Below, piece by piece: positions 22,370 through 31,300 of a DNA stretch of 38,136 bases. The DNA is taken from the NCBI RefSeq assembly GCF_001194135.2, contig NC_068992.1:44509257-44547392 (forward strand), written 5' to 3'. Numbering within the stretch: the first letter of the stretch is position 1; every line of letters begins with the position of its first letter. The DNA is from Octopus bimaculoides (taxonomy: Eukaryota). Position numbers and translations under genes: made by a program. Under the pieces are notes generated by a model. The model was not told the DNA's origin. It ran no database searches and saw only the letters and a list, made by a program, of their open reading frames with translations.

Positions 22370-25300
22370 GCAACGGTAAATTCTGTAATCAATTGATCTA
22401 TACAAATAGGGTCACAATGGAATATCAAATGTTTATGTAATATATGAAGAGTAACTCAGCAGTCTCTAGGAGTGAGATGACTCCAGATTTGAATTGTTCA
22501 CCTTCGGGCCACAAGGCACACATGATCCCGACTCTTTACCACCACCTGATGCATGGAACTAAAATATATTTGTATTTCAACATCACAATATTGCTGATGA
22601 TGTAAATATATCAGTAAAAAGTTAAAAAAAGGCTCAAAAACCAACCTGAAGTCCTGTAACTGATTCCTCATAAATACAGAAGGAGTAGAGGTTATCTGTT
22701 GTGGTCACACTCCATAATTCAAGTTTCCCACCATCTAGCATGAAAATAACATAATTTAAAATAGATTTTCAATTTAATATGTTCAGTGTGATATCATTGT
22801 TATGGTAATATTGTGGAGTTATGATTATCTGTGACTACAGCATTATTTCAATAGACATAGAAGGACGAGACAGTGGTGTTGTGGTTAATAACAATAAACT
22901 TCCACTCACTGACGGAGGTTTAGCTGCAATGCTTTGTTGTGGCAACAACAATGAAACAGTTTTTAGGATCCCAGAAGAACCAAATAATGGATTTGTTTTA
23001 TCAAAAACAGATTCAATAATATGAAAATGTTATGATAAAAGTAAAGACCTTAGAAATTGAGGAAATTAATTTTAGTAAAAGTTTTAGGAAAATAACATCA
23101 ATTTGACTCAGAAATAAATCAAAAATTACTGTAAGGGTCAGATTCTTACCTTAACATCAAAGTCCAACTGAATGAATTCAGAAAGAATTCTCTGAGATTA
23201 CACTGGTCATCTCATGGTGAGACTTTGGTAAAAATGAAACTCAGAGGACAGAGAAAATGCTATGATTCAAATAGGACTCATAAATTACATGCAATCATCT
23301 GAGCTTTGCATTGATGCATTGTAATATTTTTAATCTGATAATATAAAGTTTATGAATATATCCAATTTATTCAACAGATTAAAATAATTTTTAAATGTCA
23401 GATGATTGGGGGATAAAGAAAGAAAGATGGTGGTGGTGGCTGACTTTATAGAGCATAGCAATTGAATTCTAGCAAAAATTGTTGTTTAGGGGAAATAAGA
23501 TGTATCTCAAAAATGACTGCTGTGGATTATAAAATATGTAAAGGGATATGAAATATATCTTGATGTATTATCACAAATAAGAATTTATGATATTTGATAG
23601 GATACAAGATGCAGGGATATATTAGGCTCACATGTATCAGCAGCAGTTATTCATTAAAATAGGTTTTGAAACAAAATTAGCTTACGGGAAGTCCAACTTC
23701 ACTTACAGGATCTGGGGTGATTATTTTGAGACATTTTTTTAGAAATAAAATGTGTCTTGTATACCATTGAATGTAGTACTAATAATGTTGGCTTGAATGA
23801 ATGTGATGGTGGTGATAATGACAATGATAACTTTTCTCTTCTACCAGGTGGAAACCGATGTAAAAATGGCTGGAAGACCGTGAAAGGTAGAAGAGTGCTT
23901 CATGTGGAAGTGTGTTGAGATGTAGAAGAGTATGTGTAAAGGAAGATCAAACATTATAACAGAAGCATTAGTAACTTACCAGAAGCTGTAATAATAATTT
24001 CTTCTTCACTGACATAGAATAGTTTTGTGATGGGATTATAGGTGTAGATGGATTTCACCACATGACCTGGCAGATAATGATATGTTGCATTTCATTACAT
24101 TGAAATAGAACTGTGGGCAGGTAGAGTTAAGAATTTCATTCAAAGATTTTGTACATTGTTAAAATGAGTAAGAAGCAAAGTTATTTATTTTTTTACAAAT
24201 ACTTTACTGCCATGTTTTTTACAAACAACATTCATTTACAATAACAATATTCCTTATAAGGTTGGAGCAACATCTGTGAATAGAAACCTTAAAAAGTATC
24301 TCACAACAGAGACATATTATTATAAACAAAAAACAAAGACATGATAATTACACACACACACACACACATTATTTAATTCAATGCCACACATACATTTCCA
24401 AGTAAGTTTATCGCAACCTTTTTTGATGCGACTCTATTTTATACTGTTTCCCCCTATCCTTCTCTAATTCTCTTTTTCTCCCCTTCACCGTTTTCTACCT
24501 CTCTTTCTCTTTTCCCTCTTTCTTATTGTTCACATGTGACCATCATCCATCTTTCTTTTCCTCATGTGACCATCATTCTTTTCCTGCACAACGTTCTAAA
24601 GACTGGACGTTTTTCTTTCTCTCTCTTCTATCATTTCTCTTTTCAAAGAAAATATTTCTCCCAGTGTTCAATATTTTCCTCTCGTTCTGGTCTAACTACC
24701 TTCCATGTTTGTTTTTGTTCAGTTTCCTTGTATGTCTCCACTGTTCTGTTTTTGTTCCGAACTTTGACTCTCCATAAATCCCAAATCATATACAAATAAA
24801 CACGTATATGGGGATTAATGTATATGGTACCCATCCAATTCCACTCTCCCCACCTACACATCACCCATATTTTTACCCACAAGACTGGTTGCGTTACGAC
24901 CAACTTTGGAGGATTTTGGGTGAAGGGAGATAACTCTTGATAAATCACACGCTCGATTATCTCCCGTGATTTTTTTTTTTTTACTACATACTTAAACTGG
25001 ATGTAACAATTTCTCACCTCATTAGTATGCCCAGACATTTAAAGATTCATTTCAATAGACAAAACAGATATTTCTTGCCTTTTGCATTGTTGAACACTTC
25101 ATTTTGAATGTAATGTTTGATACGATCTGCTTTAAATTCATTTTAAAGGGGCACAATTGATAAGAATTTAACCACTAGGTATAAAATAATCTACAGGGAA
25201 AGAAAACAACAATAAAATATAAAAATTAATGCTTATTTAACTGTAAATATTGTAAAAAATATCCTGAAAATGATAATGTCAAAAACGTGACAGGCCTTTT

Positions 25301-28300
25301 TTCCCAAACTAATATATATGTATGTCACATGCTATATCAAGTAAATGTCCAAGTGAATATACAAACCAGATTTAACATGCCATAGCTTCAGATTGCAGTC
25401 AAGGGACCCACTAAGCAAATAGAGAGAACCACCTTTTCCATCACCATGAAGTTCATCTGAAAAAAATATAAAACAATGAAACAGTTTTGAACAGATTAAG
25501 TAAAAGGTTTTGTTGAAAGGAGGAAGTGAGTGTGTTTGTGTAGGAGATGCAGCATGATGTGGTGAATGTAGTTTAGAAGAGTAACAACGGTAAGAAATGA
25601 TACTAGTGAAGATGGTAGAAGGAGATATGTTGGTGGGACAGAGAAGGTGATATATGAGTGGCAGGAAGTTCCGTTTGAGTTCGGTACTGTACTCTGATAG
25701 AATCATATTATTCACTTAAAGCACACACACATGTAAAAAGGCTGCTGCCTTTCTTTTATTAATGTTATTTGTTATCATCACCATCATCATCATTTGTGTA
25801 TAACAAAATGATGAATAATGTGGTTTTTTATTCAGAAGCAGAAGCATTAATATGGATTTTTTAAAACATTAAATTATAATTCAAATTTTTTCAAAGGTGT
25901 ATCTTGATATCCCTGCATAGTGAAATGTAACATGATATGAATGTAGTTTAAGAATGGTAGCAAGCCATACTGGTGAAGGTGGTAGAAGAGGGCGATATGT
26001 TGGCAAGAAAGAAAAGGTGATGTATGTTTGGCAAGAGGTTTGAGAGCTGCCTGGGCTCCGTTTGTCTGTTTTGCCCTTCCTGATGTCAACCACTTTACAG
26101 AGTGTACTGGGTGCTATTATGTGGCACTGGCATGGGTGCTTTTACATGGCACCAGCAGAGGTGCTTTTATGTGGTGCTGGTATGAGCACATTTACTGGCA
26201 CTGGCACAAGTATTTTATGTGGCACCAGGACAGGTACTTTTATGTGGCACCAGCACCCACAAACCTGCAAGACTAGGATCTTTCAACTGAGAGAGCGATG
26301 TAGAGGACATGTCTATATGCATGGGCAACCATGATTTTATTTAGCATGGTGTGTCTTTTCAAGTACAGCAAACCACCAGAAGTCTTGATTCCTTGTCATC
26401 TCTGTGAGGCCCACCATCTGAAGATCCTTTCTCACCACTTCATCCCACATCTTCCTGGGTCTACCCCTTCCACTTATTTCTTCTACAGTGTTTAATCTGT
26501 AAATAAGGACTTCCTGCTGGTGTCATTGGCTTGCAGTCAACCTTGGAAAGACATCTGTTTTCCTGACATGTCTTATGATCTTTGTAAATGAAATTCTCCT
26601 TAAATGGTGTTGTTTGTTTCCTGCATAAAATATGTCTGGACTGTTTGTTGTTCAATAGACAGGGAGATTATTACTTCACTTGAAAACAAGAAGGGTTGGC
26701 GACAGGAAGCACATATAGCTATAGAAAATTCTTTGTTTCAATGTTCTCTTGTCCGATCCATGTAAGCATGGGAAATGAGATGTTAAAAACAATGATGATA
26801 AATATACATGTATGCATAAATACTGTCTATTTCTCTACCAAATCATATTCCAAAATTTATAAACATTCATTAGAAGCCACTTTCTCTGATACTTACCAAT
26901 TCTATTGGAATCATCTTTATTTAAAAGTTGAAGAGAAGTTACACTACCAGTGTGACCACTAAAGATGTGGATTTCCTGAAAGGTTTTAAGGTCCCAGGAT
27001 CGTATTGTTGTATCTCGACTGAAATAGGAAAACAAGATAAAGAAAATTGAATACATAAAAAAGACCCCAAAAAACAATGGGTTCACATGAATGAAGCCTA
27101 TACATGGTTACTTTATTTACTAGGCATAGAGCCACACTGCCCTCAATTGAAGCTCTACTATTAGATGTATTGTGCAAGGGAAGAAAGAGTGGTCATTGCT
27201 AGGATGCTGTTGATCATAGGTTTGCTAAATTAGAATTGTGCAGGGCTACACAACAATTGAGGCATTTAGTAAAAGACTGTCATAAGCACCAGAACTTAAA
27301 AACCGAGAAAAACGCAGTCAAAGTTTCTTAACTTTCAGAATGCGATATCTCGGCAAGGAATGAAGGTAGGAAGCTGATTTTGGTCTTAAAATGACCATGA
27401 AGACCTCCTCTAATCATTCCACCTATGTGAAATTATTTACTTATGTGTGCATCTGAAAGAAGAAACAATGACTGCATCTTTCACATTTTGTAGAATATAC
27501 TGGTACTACGAAACGGTGTATTGCATTGCATATTTTAGCCATGATACCTACAAAAAACATAGAGACCCCACCCCACCCCAAAGGTATTGTTTGTGTTTTA
27601 ATTGAATTCTAAGAATTTGCAAAATAACTGTTAATGTTACCTGGCTGTTACTAGAACATTGCCATCTGAGTCCATGTCTGTTACTAAATCATTGTGACCT
27701 TCCAAATTATACACCAGGAACTGACTTCGGTTCCAAACACGTTTTGGCACTTTTGGTTTTATTAATTTACCTTTAATCAAAGAAAACAATGGAATGGTTT
27801 AATCTGGATAAACTGAGATACTTTAAACAGGTGTGGTGGTGGTGGTGTAGGTGATGAGAGAGTCTTTCTTAGCTGATGGTTGAGATTATGTTTAGAGATG
27901 GAAAGGAAGATGGTGTTGAGAGTGGTGGTGGTCAGCTGTGAGATTCCAGGACAGTGTGTCATGGTGTACCTGTGAATAGTTTTGTTGTAGATCTCAGTAG
28001 TTCAACCTACATTTCACACGTCTTGTGAAAGTGCACTAAAATATTAATACTGTTTGGCACTGCATCGGACTGAGCAGGCCTATGTTCAAAGGCATTCCAG
28101 CCATGAACCTCTCGTCTATCTAATGATTTCTCCTTCTCATTTTCTATGATATTAAGGTGTGATTTGAAAGGTATTTGATTGTTGTTTCTAGTAGGTCGAG
28201 TGGCTGCTTAGGATAATATTACTAGTTGGCTGAAATGTCTGTCTTGTGGTTAGGCTGACATCTTGTGGAGGACGAGACCCATCACACACACATACACATG

Positions 28301-31300
28301 TATGCCGTTTCTATAGTTATTGTTCTCAGTTGTGATTCAGTAGACTTTGATGAAAGACTTTCCAGCATGACCATCAAGTTTGTGTTAGATGTAACACATC
28401 TAAGACTACATTTTTGAATGGGTCCTTCCTTTTTTTGGTGACATAAGAGTTGATATTGATGGAAATGTAGCAGCTGTTTTTAGCATGAGTAACTACAGAT
28501 AGGTTACCTTGGAATCATATAGGGGTGGCAGATAAGAGTAGTGATGAGAAGTAACAGATTCCTCAACAAGTTTCATTATAAAGAACATCAGAGTAAAATT
28601 GTCATATGTTGATATGTCATAAGATCATCATCATCATCATTGTCGTTTGACGTCCGCTTTCCATGCTAGCATGGGTTGGACAATTTGACTGAGGACTAGT
28701 GGACCAGGAGGTGACACCAGGCTCCAATCTGATTTGGCAGAGTTTCTACAGCTGGATGCCCTTCCTAACGCCAACCACTCTGAGAGTGTAGTGGGTGCTT
28801 TTACGTGCCACTGGCACGAAGGCCAGTCAGGCGGTACTGGCGACGGATGAGGAAAAAAATGCTTTGGGACGATCCCTTCATTAAAATAGAGGTAATGTGT
28901 GTGTGTGTAAAGGGAAGATTGACGGATATCAAGTAATGAACTTACTTTGATCTGGTATTGTTTCTTTCACACTGATTGTTGTATCATCACTGAAATAAAA
29001 CATACAATGGTAGAATGGTATAAGACATAATAATGTAGGATGGCATATAATACGCTAGACAGATATATAATACAAGTGTGATAAATACATATACACACCC
29101 TTGTTAATGTCCACTTTCTTTCTCTCATGTCTTTATAAACTCTATGCAAACAGAGGAGTTCCAGAAGTAAATCCAGTGGAATATACATTCAGACTCGTTG
29201 ACATTAGGTAACCAAATACTGTGAATAGGCTTTAAACAGCATACTACAAGGTGTTTACTCGAATACAAAATTATTATTTATATGTATTTTAACAGTATTT
29301 TGTGGCATAGAAACTCATAAATTTATTCTGTACGAATACTTTTTTCACCCCTAAATATTTATAATTGTATATAAATTCATTAGTTACTCAAATTTATTAG
29401 TTTCTTTTGCATATTCTTAGTTTATGCATGTGTATGCAAATATAGTATTGGTATATCCCATTTATGTTCATTAGAAATTAAATAAATAAAGAATTTTGAC
29501 ATGTACGAATATTTATTTCCTCCCACTGTATATTATCATCATCATCATCATCATCATCATTGTTTAACGTCCGCTTTCTATGCTAGCATGGGTTGGACGA
29601 TTTGACTGAGGACTGGTGAACTAGATGGCTACACCAGGCTCCAATCTGATTTGGCAGAGTTTCTATATGATGGGTTTCTTTCAGTTTCCATCTATCAAAT
29701 TCACTCACAAGGCCCTAGGCTATAGTAGAAGATACTTGCCCAAGGAGTCACACAGAGGAACTGAACTCAGAAGCATGTGGTTGGAAAGCAAGCTTCTTAC
29801 CACACAGCCTGCCCCTGCAATAGCCCCAGACTTCAGTCTTGTGGGTGGATTTGATAAATGGAAACAGAAAGGAATGTGCAGTGTGTGTGTGTGCATGCAT
29901 GCACACACACACACACATATATATAAGCATACACACATATATGTATGTGTGCCCATTTGCATGAGTGTTTGTGTGTAACCTTGTCTAAATAAGAACTTAT
30001 TATTTTGAAACAAAATATCTGAAACTATTGGTAGTTCTAATCATTATTATGTTATTTATTACAAATCATTGGTCAATAAAAAGCTGGCACTAATGAGAGC
30101 TGACCAGTTTATTTAAAACTAATAAAGTAATTTATTTAGATTTAATGAAATAATATTTTGCCTTTGTAATGTGCTGTTAGTTTAACTTCACAGATTCTAA
30201 TCTAGTTCTTGACAGCCCCGTCAAATTGTGCAAGTATTGTGATTTGCAATCAACCCGACATTATACAATCAAATACTTACTCAGCTCTGCCAGTGACTTG
30301 TTGGTTTTGGGTTTCCAAAGCATCATTTTCTTTCTGTTGAAGGACCTCAGCAGTCTCCTTTTCTGATATCTCTGTATCATTTTGCGATAGCTCTGAATTA
30401 TTCTGTGATATTGACTCAACTTCAAAGTGTCCGTTTTCTTCACAAGATGGAGACAATATTTCTGTTTCTGGAGTTAATTCCTCTTCAGTGGTTTCAAGTT
30501 CTGAGATAAAGTTTCTCTGAGTCGTTCCCTGTTCACTGACCAATTCACTTTCAACTTCCGACGTTGCTTCAGAGGCTTCATGCTTTGCCCAACCTTCAGC
30601 TTCTTCAATAAGCAATTCTCGCAAACGTTTACGGATGCTGTCTCTTTTCTTTATCTTAAATAGAGAAATTACAAAAAAAAAAAAAGAACACACACAGTAT
30701 TACATCCACTATTTCAAGTTCCTTAAGATCAAATAGTGTATTGATTTAATTGACTTGTGTTATAGTTGGAAGGTGTGTTTGTTAACAGTGTGAAGTAGTG
30801 AGTGGTGGTATCTCTTGCAGATATTGGCCTTTTTCTGAGTGTTAACCCCTCAACTGTGAAGTAGAAAGTGCATTCAGAGAAATACTTACAAACATTTCTG
30901 GGGAAAAAGAGTGCACAATGAGTTATCCTCTTCCTTCACTTCCTTATCATCATCATCATCATCATCATCATTTAATGTTTGGGTTCCATGCTAGTATGGG
31001 TTGGGCAGTTTGACAGGGTTTGAGGAGTTGGAGGCGGCATCTTGCTCAAATGTCTGTTTTGGCATGTTCTGTACGATTGGATGCCCTTCCTAATACCAAC
31101 CAATTTACAAAGTGTACTGGTTTCATTATTCATGGCATCAGTACTGGTAAAGCTAAGGACCTAAAGCAGCTCCAGTAACTAAGTAAGAACAGAAGAGGGA
31201 AGCTGGGGTAGTAGGGCAGGGAAAAAAAGGAAACAAAAGTAACAGGGTTGAGAAAAAGGGAGGGATAGAGTCAAAAAGTGATAGAGTGAGTTGTGTAAGG

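Noticed and set aside
22821-23035. Region open on both strands for about 65 codons
   Set aside because: No recognisable motif, no usable splice sites, and not needed for the gene model.
23848-23886. Plus-strand 39-nt exon-like segment with good splice sites
   Set aside because: No partner exons found; it lies in sequence resembling decayed CR1/L2 3' ends also seen at 25560-25700 and 25900-26020.
29099-29141. Alternative candidate for the linker exon (VYKDMRERKWTLTR or HERKKVDINK)
   Set aside because: Needs weak or phase-incompatible splice sites; 28946-28989 closes the frame with consensus sites.
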